Assembly: GCF_006345805.1 (NCBI RefSeq)
Contig: NC_043004.1
Span: 45,570,001-45,634,000 of the forward strand
Source: Octopus sinensis
Taxonomy: Eukaryota
Length of the DNA: 64,000 nt
Direction: 5' to 3'
This document shows positions 1 to 13,621 of the stretch, one piece after another. The notes beneath the pieces were generated by a model, which was not told the DNA's origin, ran no database searches, and worked only from the letters and a program-made list of their open reading frames with translations. Numbering within the stretch: the stretch's first letter is position 1; every line of letters starts with the position of its first letter. Both the position numbers and the translations under genes were made by a program.

Positions 1-1050
1 TCTTTCTACTCTCGTATTTCGAGCATTTCACAACAAGATACGCTTTCGATAAAACAGTTGCACCTGCAAAGCAAATTACATAAAATTTGGGATTTTGCGG
101 AGGGTCAAAATTGGTAACAAAACAGGACAGTGGAAACAAACAGGAAGGGCTGCTAAGCCTAAACGAGGTTGTGGTGGCGAGTGCGCATATCAAGCTTGGA
201 CAGGAGACAGACAAGAACACATCTTCCTTGATCCAGCTACGACGGAGAAAAAGAAACACAAGTTAGGAGAAGAAAGAAAGATGGCCGATGGTCAAGTGGA
301 AGCCACGTGAGCAAGGAAGGAAGAGTGAGGGAGAGAGAGTGACAGACAAAGAACTGTGAAGGGGAGAGGAAGAAATTGGAGACAGGATAAGTGAGAAAAA
401 ACAGGAGGGGGAGAAGGAGAGGTAGAAGAATAAGAGAAAAGAAGAGTGAAAAACGAAAGAGTAATAGGATAGAATAATGGGAGAAGAAGAGGTAAAAGAA
501 TAAGAGAGAGGAAAAGAGAAAAACGAAAGAGTAAAAAGATAGAACAGAGTGCGCATCAGAATTATTAAGGTAAAATTTAGTTGGAAGGAGTTGCATGGCG
601 TTCAATTATATAATAATATAAATATATATATATATTATATATACATACGTATATGTACGTACTTACATCTTATATGCTTCCAAAAATATGTGGGTACAGG
701 ACATCACGAAACGTGTACAACAAAAAATACGAAGTACGAGTACGTGGAATAGGAACTATATCGTTTTAGACTTTGCGGAAAGATTAGAGAGAACAAGTAA
801 GATTGCCTTAGTTGTAATGGTTCTAATCTATAGGTTATATTCTTTCCTTTCTCTTGACAAAATGTGCACGTACTTCTCTTTGTATAGTTATCAAATAGAC
901 CTAGGGAATAGACTCACAAACGTAACAAGTTTATTTATTCTTCCGTAGATGAGAAAAATGACGAATCGATTTTCGATTCTCACATCGATTCTCTCGCCAA
1001 CACTGACCACCTAATCGCAGAGATACAAATAGCCAATCCGTTTATATATT

Positions 1051-1416
1051 CTTTTATTCTCTTATTTGTTTCAGTCATTTGACTGCGGCCATACTGGAGC
1101 ACCGCCTTTAGTCGAACAAATCGACCCCAGGACTCATTCTTTGTAAGCCTAGTACTTATTCTATCAGTCTCTTTTTGCCGAACCGCTAATTTTCGGGGAC
1201 GTAAACACACTAACATCGGTTGTCAAGCGATGGTGGGATGGGGGATAAACACACACACACGCACACACACCTACGACGGACTTCTTTCAGTTTCCGTCTA
1301 TCAAATCCACTCACAAGGCTTTGGTCGGCTCGAAGCAAAGGTGCCTCGCAGTGGGACTGAACCCGAAACCATGTGGTTACTAAGCAAGCTACTTACCCCA
1401 CAGCCACTCCTGTGCC
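1051..1416 (-). mobile_element. tRNA-derived SINE family A (CORE-like body), near full length
   Basis: Reverse complement of the family seen at 14706, 15539, 42416 and 59789: head GGCGCAGGAGTGGCTGTGTGGTAAG, CCTTGGGCAAGTGTCTTCT core, tail CAGTCAAATGACTGAAACAAGTAAAAGA. Confidence 0.85.
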
Positions 1417-1554
1417 TATGTGCAGCCACTCCATATATATGTATGTGTGTGTGTGTGTCTGTGTGTTTGTGTGTGTGTGTGTGTGTATGTGTCTATATAT
1501 GTGTCTATATTCGCATATATATATAGGCATTTAAATATATATACACCAACACAC

Positions 1555-1591
<37 letters not shown>

Positions 1592-1670
1592 CACACACAA
1601 CACACACACATTATATTATATATACATATATATATATATATATATTATATACATACACACACACACACAC

Positions 1671-1704
<34 letters not shown>

Positions 1705-1799
1705 ATATATATATATATATAATACATATATACATATACACATATACAACAAATCATATCAAAATGTACATAGGTCAAATCATTTATACATCAAAGTAG

Positions 1800-2690
1800 C
1801 TTCTGATAACTCGAGTTATTAATTTGCACATTATAAGTGTTTAAGACTTTATTTAGTATCAGAGGCGTCTCAATAGGGGACTCACTTCACACAGTAACTG
1901 TGTAGGATGTAACTGAATCTTCATTCTGAAAGTACTGTACGTTATTTTTAATATTTTCACTTTTGTGTCTATGATATATTCATTGAATGTAATGTTTGGC
2001 TGTGTTTGATGTTTAAATGCTAGAATGGAAGACTCGTTAGGCGCTACTTGAAGTCTTTTGTTGTGGAACCAGGTTCCTTGGGAATTTCTGTAGAGTTTGA
2101 GTAGCTGCGTTGCACTGATTAAAGAGCCAGCACGGAATGTCGCATGCGTACGAGTTGCTCTGTATGGGAAACGCACAAGTGGCATTGGAGTGGCTTATGT
2201 CCAGCCTGCTCAGAAGAATAGAAGCTATCACGTTAGCAGTAGAAAAATGAGAAAGAGCAGACAGAGCGCCCGCTGGTCTAAAGCTGGAGTATGTCTCTGA
2301 CTTTATGTCAGTAAGATGGGTGGCCTTTCACAGGAAGTAATCAAGAATGTCTGTAGAGTGTTAGCACCATTGTCCCAGATGTGATGTTTCAACACTCCAT
2401 TGTAGATCTGATCTGAGCTTTTAGAAGTATCAATAATTGTTGGAGTGGAGCAAAGAATCTGTAAATTGTTTGTGGAGTTGCTCACTTCTGAATAATCTCG
2501 ATTTCTGCTTTTCAGTGAAAATCGTTCGACTGTGATATTTTGAAGTTTGTGAAAGTGGTTTTCTGTTCTTCGGAGAATATATTTTGCTAATTAATAGATG
2601 ATCCGATGAAAATATTTGAATTGTTTGCCAAATGGTTATGATAGCCAAAATTGTGGAAAAAAACTTTGATGTCTGAGAAAGAGTTCATGT
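1800..2690 (-). pseudogene. Heavily degraded CR1/L2-like LINE reverse transcriptase relic
   Basis: Minus-strand reading IIDTSKSSDQIYNGVLKHHIWDNGANTLQTFL resembles the RT motif LDFSKAFDxVxHxxLLxKLxxxGI. It is followed by QRALCLLFLIF, resembling PQGSVLGPLLFLIF. Many stops and frameshifts. Confidence 0.5.
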
Positions 2691-2692
2691 AG

Positions 2693-2752
<60 letters not shown>

Positions 2753-2942
2753 ACAATCACATACTTAATCACACACATACACATGTACCTGATAACTAAG
2801 ATCAGCATAATAATTCAATATGTGAACGATATTTTGTTCAGTGGAACGCCACCTATCGGAATTATCTAAAGTCAAGAGTCAAACCACTACGCCCTCTTGC
2901 ATTGCTTCCCTATCTTTTCTAACTTTCATACATATGTGACTG

Positions 2943-2975
<33 letters not shown>

Positions 2976-2987
2976 ATATACCATACA

Positions 2988-3358
2988 TCTCTATATATAT
3001 AGACGGCAAAATGTCTGTGTGTCTGTGTGCGTGTCCTTTATACAAAACCACAATTTTTCAGTTAGAGGGCTCGCACTTTCTATGGTCATTCGAAAACGTC
3101 CAAGGGTGGTCGTGCACCTCTTTACATTTCCCCAGTCACCCCGAAAGCCATTAAAAAAAACAATAGAAGTGACTTTTTGGGGAATTTTCTATCCAAAACC
3201 CAATCAAAATGCCCGAAACTTGATACGCCAGTTGAATGCCAGCTAGCTGTATGTGATTGGTCGGAGATTTGGACAGTACTCGCGTGTATGTGCGCACGCA
3301 CGCAGCTGTATATGCATGCACTAGCACTATTACCCGGCAACTCCGGGTCATAGTGCTA

Positions 3359-3359
<1 letters not shown>
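2988..3359 (+). mobile_element. Non-autonomous Helitron (372 bp)
   Basis: Inserted between A(2987) and T(3360). 5' end TCTCTATATATATAGACGG; 3' hairpin ACCCGG-CAACT-CCGGGT followed by terminal CTAG; no TSD. Confidence 0.85.
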
Positions 3360-3402
<43 letters not shown>

Positions 3403-3427
3403 TATATGCGTGTGTGTGCGCGTGTAT

Positions 3428-3458
<31 letters not shown>

Positions 3459-5289
3459 CTTACATACATAACATATGTATAGTATACACACACAGATATA
3501 TATTATGTATACACAGATGCATACAAGCTTGTGATTACGCATAATATTTAAGGATACAATTGCCAGACACACACACTCACTCAAGCAACACGCAGGCACG
3601 CACACTCATACACACACACACACACAGACACACACACACTCGCACACATACATAAATGCGTGAATACGAATATAAACGAAACACACACACTGACTGTCGC
3701 CCCATACGCATAAGCGCTTTCAAATACTGTCACACATACACACTTGTACTCATACCTACCTACCTACCTACCTACCTACATACATACATACATACATCTA
3801 CATAGAGCATCCAAATACGTGTGCACATGTTTCTAAATACATATAGAAGAGTATTGATTCAATAAATGCTCATGTTGATGTATGACTCATAAAACGTTTA
3901 ACATGCCTAAGTACACATCTTTACATATAGTGGCTGTCAAACTTCGCGTACTTCATCCATTCACGGCATGATAAATGGTATTTGAATGCACACATAAATA
4001 CACACACTTAATGTACACGCACACACACACACACACACACAACACACACACACACACACAGACACACACACACGCACACACACTCATACTTGGGTACACA
4101 AAGACAGACACATGTCTATATTTGTATGTCCTAAATATATACGTATACATATACATACATACATACACGTAAGGGTACACATACGTATTTACATATATGA
4201 GTGTGTATGTATGTGCATATACCAATATATAACAATGTATATGTATTTACCTGTATATGCGTATGCCTGTATATGTATGCATATATATCTATATCTATAT
4301 ATATATATGTATGTATTTATATTCATGCTCATACACAAATGCATACTCACACATATACATATGTATATATAACTACCCATTCATACACACAGAGGCACAA
4401 ACTCATATACACTTACATACAGCCTAACAGACTGAGGACCATTATTTATTCATTTATATCATACAATACATACAATAGATGAGATGAATGAGATGAAAGC
4501 TTTATATATATTTTAAAGACGAGGACGGCTATGAGCTGTGTCAATATTTGCTAGGAAAATACAAAGGTGGTTCTGTTACAGGGATATTGGTAATAATGGG
4601 GATGGCTTTGGTAACAGTCATGATGGTGATGATTTAGAGTGACGTTGAACGGTTAAAGGAAGCCCTCGAAATATTTGTTTCAGTCATTGTGACTACAGGA
4701 ATGAGAAGAAAAAAAAATTGTTTAGTAATAATATATAGTCTAAAGTTCACCTAACCCAGTAGCTCTCAAGATTTTATAATCCAGCAATCTGTTTTACTGA
4801 ATAACATTTGTTTTGATCGTCGTAATTGTTGTAACTGTCTGAATGAAAATCTGTTTTAACCCATCACCCACTGAACAGCATTTTTTCGGCCGTGAATCTG
4901 TTTTCGTCACTGGCTGTAATTTAGGGTGGGGGGTCACCTAAGTCAGCAGCTCTCGACATTTTTGTATTCCAGAGCCAATTTTCACCGAATAGCCTCTTAC
5001 AAATGCCTTTTTTGCCTGTTTAATACATTCTCCCTAAAAGAATCGCTGTTTATTTTTTAATCAAACAGGTAATTTTGGTTTCGGATTTCAGCATAAGCCC
5101 AGCTATTTTTGGAGCTAGGTGGGTCAACTGCTTAACTGCCCAACATTGGCCCAACTGCTTAACTGGTAATTATTTCATCAACTCCAGGCAGTATTTGAAT
5201 TGAGAACGTTAAGTCGGAAGAAATGCCGCTAAGCATTTTTGCCAGCGTTGTAAAGATTCTGCCACTTCGCCGCCTTAACCGAAAGTATA

Positions 5290-5505
5290 GTTACCTTGTA
5301 GAGTCATGCTGAGCCATTCCGCCGGTTTCCTGATTTCCAAAGCGTATATATTATCCACCTGGACGAGACGCTGGTCCGTCACAAGATTACTCATTTTTGC
5401 CAGCTGAGTAGACTGAAACAACACAGCACATCACCCGGTTCAGGAATCGAAATCACAATCTTACGATCATGAATCCTATATCCTAACCACTAAGCCGTAC
5501 GCCGG
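5290..5505 (-). mobile_element. tRNA-derived SINE relic (family F)
   Basis: Minus-strand tRNA-like head (GGCTTAGTGGTTAGG...GATTTCGATTCC). Body is similar to 58348-58470 (CTGGACGRGACGC..GTCC). Confidence 0.55.
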
Positions 5506-5680
5506 CCTTAATTAAGTAATACTAGTCTCAAATTTTGGCTCAAGGCGAGCAATATCGGGGGAGGAGGTGGGTGAGTCGATTGCATCGACCCCATTGCTCG
5601 CCGCTTTAACTGCCTTAAACAAATGACCAATCCTGTCCAATGCCTACTACTTTTTAGATATCTGCATGGGATAGTGTATG

Positions 5681-5716
<36 letters not shown>

Positions 5717-5804
5717 AATATAAGATATTATTCAATTTTTAACGCTTATTATTTTAAATACACACACATATATATTTTTAAAATATCTTTTACCTTTTGT
5801 TTTC

Positions 5805-5990
5805 TACTTGTTTCATACATTGGATTGCAGCCATACTGGTGTACGTCGTTGTGGAATTCTAGTCAGACAAATCGACCCCAGTATTTTCTATAAGCTTGGC
5901 ACTTATTTTATCGGTGTCTTTTCCCGATCCGGAAGGTTAAGTGGGCGTAAACACACCGACACCGGTTGTCTAGCAGTGGTGGGGAACAAA
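5805..5990 (-). mobile_element. SINE family A, 3' half
   Basis: GCAGCCATACTGG...TCGACCCCAG...TAAACACACCGAC matches the family A 3' half. Confidence 0.65.
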
Positions 5991-6027
5991 CATAATCACA
6001 CACATACACATACATACGCACACACAG

Positions 6028-6063
<36 letters not shown>

Positions 6064-6072
6064 ACGTATGTT

Positions 6073-6116
<44 letters not shown>

Positions 6117-6599
6117 TGTGTCTGCGTATCTGTGTGTCTGTGTATTTTGCCTTTCATTCAACCCTGATGATAGAAGCCAGTTTTTCGGTAATGCATATCT
6201 TTGACTACAGCTATTACGTAATTCAGAGCCCCCGAAACAGGTGTCGGACCTGAAATACCATGCCCTCTCCCCTTAGTTTTCTGTATCTTTAGTATTTCAT
6301 GTAAATCTGTTCCGTAGATATCTAAACCTCTCTATGCTTATACACGAGTATTTATTACTATATACAACTACATATGTATATATATAAGCATATTTTATAT
6401 ATCAGCCACAAGCGTGTTTATTCGCATCACTAATTAATCCGGGGACTTAGTTCTCGATACAGACTTCAGAGTGTAAGTTCAAATCATTTACGCACTACTA
6501 CTTGCTTTCTATATCGTGCCTCTCTGGATCTCACAAACACACACAAACACGCATATGCACATGCACACACACACACACTCATAAGACATTTTTCTTTAA

Positions 6600-6750
6600 A
6601 TTTCCTCTACCAAATCCACTTGGTAGGATTTGGTAAACCCGAGGCTATAGTAGAAGACACTTGCCCAAGATGCAACGCAGTGGGGCTGAACCTAGAACCA
6701 TATGGTTGGGAAACAAAACTTCTTACCACACAACCATTCCTACGCTTGTG
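6600..6750 (-). mobile_element. SINE family A, 5' half
   Basis: TCTACCAAATCCACT...GAAGACACTTGCCCAAG...AACCATATGGTTGG. Confidence 0.7.
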
Positions 6751-7354
6751 GTATTTTATTTCTATGAAAAAATCATAACCCGTCTTGATACTCAGTACCC
6801 GCCCCCCCATATACCATAATATTCTCTTGACGTTTACTATCCTCTTAAGAGCTCACAGCGCCAACAAGAGGGCATTGTCATCTAGGTTACGAACATTTTT
6901 CGTTAATCTTTTATCAAACCATAGTTTTACCCAGATGTGAATATTTTTCTTAAATCTTAAGTTTTAGAATTTTCTTAAATATTCTTCAACTCCAACAAGA
7001 AGTGAAATCAAAGAGCCTGAGAAGTCCTGTACCTAATTATTAAGCGTTTCTACGTTATGTGACCACACAATATGCTGGAAAATGCAGCCAAATCCTCTCA
7101 AATCACAACTTCTCGTCTTATAGAAGGACTAGTTAGATAATGTGGTTTTGGGCTCCATAGTCATAAGGAACGAGGCTCATGGAATGGTCTTTTGATCATA
7201 GGCCTGTTAAATTGGAATTGACTTGTGGTTAAATGATAGAAATAAAAATTTCTCAGGGAGTTCCCCTGCATTAAGAACATATAGTTAAGGGGCGGCTAAT
7301 ATATATATAAATGTACTGAAATCCATTCCTATCCCTAATTTGTTTTCTCCTTTT

Positions 7355-7684
7355 ACCTTTTTCATGCTGGGATACGACCTTGAAGAATTTTTAGTCGAAT
7401 GAATATACCCTAGTACTTTTTCTAGCCGAACTGCTAAGTCACAGGGATGTAAACGCACCAACACCGGCTGTCAAGCAGTGGTGGAGGACAAATGCTTGCA
7501 CGCACGCACACACAAGACGGGCTTCTTTCAGTTTCCGTCTACCAAATCTACTCATAAATCTTTGTTTGGCCCGAAGCTATAATAGAAGACACTTGTCCAA
7601 GGTGCCACACAGCCACACAATGGAACTGAACCCAGAACCATGTGGTTCAGAAGCAAGCTTCTTACCACATAGCTACACCTGAAC
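7355..7684 (-). mobile_element. SINE family A, diverged copy
   Basis: Collinear with the family A consensus from tail to head. Confidence 0.75.
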
Positions 7685-7800
7685 CTGTTTAATTTATTTA
7701 AATTACAGTTGTAGTAAAGAGGAAAATGATTTCATTAGCGTTAATGATAATTTTTGTCTAGAAAGACAAAAAAGACAACTCTGACATGAAAATATACAAA

Positions 7801-8185
7801 TCTTTATATATAATAGTGAAGTTGTGTGTCTGTCTCTTACGATTTAGATTCCTAACTACTCCCACATTTTTCGGTGCAGTGTAACCAAAAGCGGGTATCT
7901 TATAGTCATGATTCATATCGAGCCCTTCTGGGTATTAGCGCGCGTCTACGATGAGTCTACGATTAAAAAAAAATTTTCCATCATTTTTAATGCAATTTTT
8001 TGCTATTATATAAGGGAAGTAACTCTCTAAAAATGTATTATTAAATCTCAGAACGTAAAAAGCTACAGTAACACCCCTCCTTTGAGGTTAGCCATATTGA
8101 GATGGCTATTATACTTTACATCTCTAAAAATGCTTATATAGTTATTTCCCTTACAAACCCGAGCAATGTCGGGCGATACTGTTAG
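7801..8185 (+). mobile_element. Non-autonomous Helitron, second family (385 bp)
   Basis: A|TC start (TCTTTATATATAATAGTGAAG). 3' hairpin CCCGAGCAATGTCGGG, then TTAG|T (CTAG with one change). Confidence 0.75.
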
Positions 8186-8942
8186 TTAGTTATACATTAA
8201 GTAGCAACAACCAGCTGAAAGGTCAGTAGTGGCGTAATGCAACAAAACATATTACTGTTTGTAAAGGATGCTTCCTTCCCAACAGAAGGTAAAATATGGA
8301 AATGCGCTACTCTTCATTTAAAGGTAGCTCTTTATACTCTGAAGAGATTCAGTTACCTCTGCCATTACAGCTAAATTTGTTTCCTAAAAGTTCTAAATTT
8401 AGTAAATCATTTTAATCATATTGTTTTTGTTCCTGATCACTAAGATTGGATTTCCTTTAAGCGTTTAAAATGTTTTTATCTTTTTACTTTAATTTAATAT
8501 TTTAAATTTCAAATGCTCGTTGTAATTTCAATTTACTTTCTTTTAATCTATTTTAAATTCTTTTAATCTTATTTTAGTTAATTTAATTTTACTGTGGTTT
8601 GGTTTTGTATATTTTGACTTTATTTAATGTGATTTAAAACTGTTGTTGGTAGTCTGTATCTGTAAATAACCCAAGGCGGTTTCCATAAACTATTTCGACA
8701 AGAATTTCGAATATTGATGAATTGTTGTTTTGGTTTCGAATAAGATATCATTCACATGATGCTGGATCTATATATATTTCAGATTTGGTGGCAAGTTAGC
8801 TCTGGAGCAAAAAGGAAGCGGACATCATATTGAGTTCCATAGAAATTTAATTAATGAACTTAGTACATGTGATTTCCACATCTACAAAACTTCCAGTTTA
8901 TTGTTAAAGTTTAAAACCAGAGTCATTCCTAATCGGGAAATT

Positions 8943-9240
8943 ACATGGCCTAGTGTTTAGAATGCTGTACTCATGGTTGCGAGTTTGTGGTTTCAATTTC
9001 TGGATCGGGTAGTGCATTGCGTTCTTGAGCAAGGCACTTCATCTCACGTTACTCTGCGATCACTTCGACCCCTGACGTGTCGTGCACATTGCACAAGTTC
9101 AGGCAACGTCGATTTAATGGCGGATGTCAGTTAATGAACAGTATATGCATTTGATCACAATAAACAAAACATTTGTGCAAGGTTGTTTAGCACGAAATTG
9201 CATAACTGTTTTTATCGGACTACAAGAGGCCATCATCCTT
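8943..9240 (+). mobile_element. tRNA-derived SINE (family D)
   Basis: A-box TGGCCTAGTGTTTAG, B-box-like GGTTTCAATTTC, then TTGAGCAAGGCACTT domain. Confidence 0.6.
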
Positions 9241-9309
9241 AATCAAAGACTATACATATCATAATTTATGACTGTCCCTTAGAGTCCCACTCCATACAAT
9301 AATTAGGAC

Positions 9310-9419
9310 TGTTGTGTCGACATCCCCAGACGATGAAGTAGGCTAGCCCAATACGTAGATATAGAGGGAGAAGTCTAGACGTCGAGGAGTTGGGCAGAGG
9401 TCATCCGAACGCGCGACAT

Positions 9420-9458
<39 letters not shown>

Positions 9459-9571
9459 GTTGTGTCGACGTCCCCAGACGATGAAGTAGGCTAGCCTAAT
9501 ACGTAGATATAGAGGGAGAAGTCTAGACGTCGGGGAGTTGAGCAGAGGTCATCCGAACGTGTGACATAACT
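9310..9571 (+). repeat. Direct tandem duplication of a 114-bp unit separated by (TA)n
   Basis: 9310-9423 and 9458-9571 differ at a handful of positions. Unit ends TGTTGTGTCG...CGACATAACA are imperfect inverted ends. Confidence 0.9.
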
Positions 9572-9983
9572 GTGTAGTATTGCGATATAACAAGGACTGA
9601 ACGAGAACACGTTATCCAATGTGTAAGAACCACTATGCAGTCACCTGACATTCTAGAAACAACAACCAAATTTCCCTTAAATTAAACTTTACCGTCTTAA
9701 CAAACTAGAAAATGTAATCTTGGAATCCTATAAAAACGCAAGGTGAAATCGAGAGAAATGCTTTTCATAATAACTTTACCCAACCAAGCCTGAACAACAA
9801 CAATAATAGCAGATGCAACAACGTCATTTCCAAGAAGGTGGCGAATGACTCGAGTGAGAAACGTTACGGCCATATTCACGCGGAATTTTCATTCAGGTCT
9901 CTGACCGTTTACGTTTTATTCTGCTGTGATGTTATGCTACCTGGAAAGAATATACATACATACATACATACATACATACATAC

Positions 9984-10018
<35 letters not shown>

Positions 10019-10023
10019 CATAC

Positions 10024-10094
<71 letters not shown>

Positions 10095-10659
10095 CACACA
10101 TATATATAATCATTACCGATATATATATATATATATGTGTGTGTGTATCTATGTGTGTGTGTATGTATGTATGTGTGTGTGTGTCTGTGTGTGTGTATGT
10201 ATATGTGTGTCTGTGTGCGTGTATGTATATGTGTCTGTGTGTGTATGTATGTGTGTGTCTGTGTGTGTGTGCATCTGTGTCTATGTCTGTGTGTGTGTAT
10301 GTATGTATAGTTTAACTTTTCTCATCCGATCATTATAACGAACTGATAATGATTACTGGAAACAGCTGTAAGGCAAATTTACTACACAAAGGGAAATATA
10401 TGTAATGAAAGTTATTTATGCCTTTTCTGATACACACAGACACACACACTCACACTCACACACACACATAGATATATATATATACACACACATTTATATA
10501 TACATGCATACACAAGCATAGGCGCTGGCATGCACATACACATGCGTACACACACATCTTGCATACGCGTGAACACACGCATGTATGTATACTTTTAAGC
10601 ACAATAGGCGATGTATATGCTTAATGGCTGGTTGGTTGGTTGGTTGGTTGGTGCATTGT

Positions 10660-10696
<37 letters not shown>

Positions 10697-11117
10697 CAGA
10701 CAGACAGACAGAGACGGTTAAGATTTAAGGTACAGGATCAGCGCACATACAAAGTTTCGTGACAGGCCATGAGTGAAGGAACGATACATACACACCTGTG
10801 TTGAGAGAGAAACTAACAAAGACTAAAGGTAGTAATCGAGTTATAGGAGCAGGAGGAAGAGGAGGTGTAGGAGGAGGAGGATAAATGACAGAGTAGCTAA
10901 CTGAGGAGATACGCAAATTAGAAATTTCATTTTGAGGTAATAAATATTTTTCTTTCGAAAATTAGTATTCATTTCATGATTTTTCTATAAGCAGCAAGAA
11001 ATTTGATAAAAATTTTAACTTATTATTGTTGTATGCATGCTATATTTTCCGATATTACACACGGCCGCAAAAATATATTTCCGAAGTTACCCGTAGTATG
11101 ACGAGTAACGCTCTCAT

Positions 11118-11174
<57 letters not shown>

Positions 11175-11362
11175 TATATACATATACATATACACACATA
11201 TGTGTGTGTGTATACTCATGAGATGCACGCACACATACTCATATACACAAATATAGATGCACACATGTACATACACACATATACATACACACACACATAT
11301 GTATATAGATATATATGAATATATATGTATATGTATATATATGTATATATATATATATATGT

Positions 11363-11397
<35 letters not shown>

Positions 11398-11423
11398 GCA
11401 TATATATATATATATATATATGC

Positions 11424-11505
<82 letters not shown>

Positions 11506-11943
11506 ATATATATCATATATGTACGTACATATATTTCTCGATTTCTTAACTATATACTTATATATATATATATATCCGCGTACATGTGCGCACGCGCACG
11601 CTCATACACATACACACTTTTATATATGTAATAAAAATACCGATATAATCCGAAAAAGGTAATCGATGATATATTATTCCAAACAGGTAACTATAATCAG
11701 ATATTGTCTGCATCAGCGTGAAGAAAATTATTCAAGATTATATTATTTTAGAAGACAATACTGTCAAGCGAATAGAAAGATATAAAGGTGCATAAGTTTG
11801 GCGGAGAATAAAAAAAAAAAATGAAAAACGTATGATTTTTTGAACTAATTTGTCTTCACTGAAGAGCAAAACAGATACAGCATGAAAAGAGTAAGCCAGT
11901 AAAAGGAAAAGAGAAATTGTACACGTGTTTATAAAGAATCAGT

Positions 11944-12364
11944 GGATCTTTTCGGTTTGAACGGCAGTTTTTAACACAATTTCTAGGTAACTAAACACTT
12001 AAACTTCGTATACTGGTAGAATGTGTTTATAAAACATCTTTTTCTCTTGGCTTTATTGAGAATATTCTATAGTTTGTAAGCTATTTGGTCTTTAATTTCT
12101 TGCATTTCGGCAATTTCAACCAATCAATGCCCGTCTATTGAGGTGAAAACATTCTGTGCCGTATGACTGTGTCCCTCGTTTAAGAAACAGATTGGGTTTA
12201 TTTACATTTGTGAAGAAAAAAAAGATACCATTCCCCCCACCCCTAACCCTAACCCTAACCCTAAAATAGATTGAAATGCAATAGATCGACACTAGGCTCA
12301 TAGTTATGGGTCACAATTTCATATGACACCGCTAGCAAAAACTGCCGTTCAAACCGAAAAGATC
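11944..12364 (+). mobile_element. MITE with internal (CCCTAA)4, copy 1
   Basis: TIR GGATCTTTTCGGTTTGAACGGCAGTTTT / AAAACTGCCGTTCAAACCGAAAAGATC; telomere-type repeats at 12241-12264; TSD not preserved. Confidence 0.9.
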
Positions 12365-12984
12365 ACAATTCTTTAATAAGCGTATTTGTCTGCAAATGTA
12401 TATAATGTACACGTGTCCATGTCATACGTTTGTATGTATAGGCATTCACACAAACATACGCTTACACGAATGGCAGGTAATATAATTATTTAGACGCAGC
12501 ATTGAAACAATCTATATCTATATTTGTATCTGTGTATGTTTGTGTGTGTGTGACAATGTCTTTTGTATTTCTGTGTGTAAAATTGTTTTTAAACACCTGT
12601 TATTTATATAAATCTTTTCATTTGTAAATTGCGTGTTTTCAAGAAAAACAAGGTACAAAAATTTTAATTAGTTAGTGACAGACCACGTGAACAAATTGGA
12701 TGACAAATGAGTTTGTACTCGGTTTAGGTCAGCTACACTTTTCTTCAGTATATATATAACTTCCTTTACGTGAGTATGTATAGCGCGTTTATTAGAATAT
12801 ACATATGTATGTGCATTTGTGAGTTTACGTGGGTGTATATGCATACGTATGTGATTATCTGTATGTATGTAGCGATAAGGTATAAGAGCATGTTCAGATT
12901 GGCAAAATTAGATATTCACGTTTGGAAAACCTGTTATGCATAATTTAAATTACGAATAGATAATTTCAGATAGACCTCCTCTAC

Positions 12985-13182
12985 ATACCTACCTACCTAC
13001 CTAACCACCTACCTACCTACCTACCTACCTACCTACCTACCTACCTACCTACCTACCTACCTACCTACCTACCTAGCTACCTACCTATCTACCTACCTAG
13101 CTACGTACCTACCTACTACATACCTACCTACATACCTACCTATCTACCTGCCTGCCTGCCTGCCTGCCTACCTATCTACCTC
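12985..13182. repeat. (TACC)n compound microsatellite
   Basis: Direct reading. Confidence 0.95.
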
Positions 13183-13621
13183 CATGTATGTATATATGTA
13201 TGTATGTTTGTATGTATGCATGTATGTATGTATGTATGTATGTGTCTATATATACTGTATATTAATATGCATATATATTTATATCTATGTAGATGTATGC
13301 ATTATACATGTGTGTGTGTGTATCGTTTTGACTGCTATTTCTAGATATGTAAGGGTTTTTGCAACCCTCTCTGTTATAATTCTGATTTATTCATAATTAT
13401 ACATACTTCTTTTAAGAAAGCAATTTTTTGATTGCATGGCCTGGCCATTGACTTATCGTAAATAATTTTCAATTGTTTACGATATTACAGTTCTATATTT
13501 AAGAGATGAGGAATTATGTACCTTATTTATATTTGACGGATATTTGACCTCGTCTTGTTTGAACCTTGGGTAAGTATTCGATATCATACGCCACGAGGTC
13601 AACAAATATATATATATATAT

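Noticed and set aside
95-605. ORFs 95-310, 237-605 and 263-556
   Set aside because: Purine/pyrimidine-skewed low-complexity tract, possibly a Penelope-like relic; no recognisable domain.
9718-9950. ~75-codon Asn-rich open frame as a possible host exon
   Set aside because: No convincing splice sites or recognisable homology; it runs into a microsatellite.
11862-11900. CTGAAGA...GAAA as a hammerhead
   Set aside because: Stem II is only 2 bp, with extra bases and no stem I or III; chance match.
12241-12264. (CCCTAA)n as an interstitial telomere or fusion scar
   Set aside because: All TTAGGG runs lie at the same position inside a MITE and have only 2-5 units.
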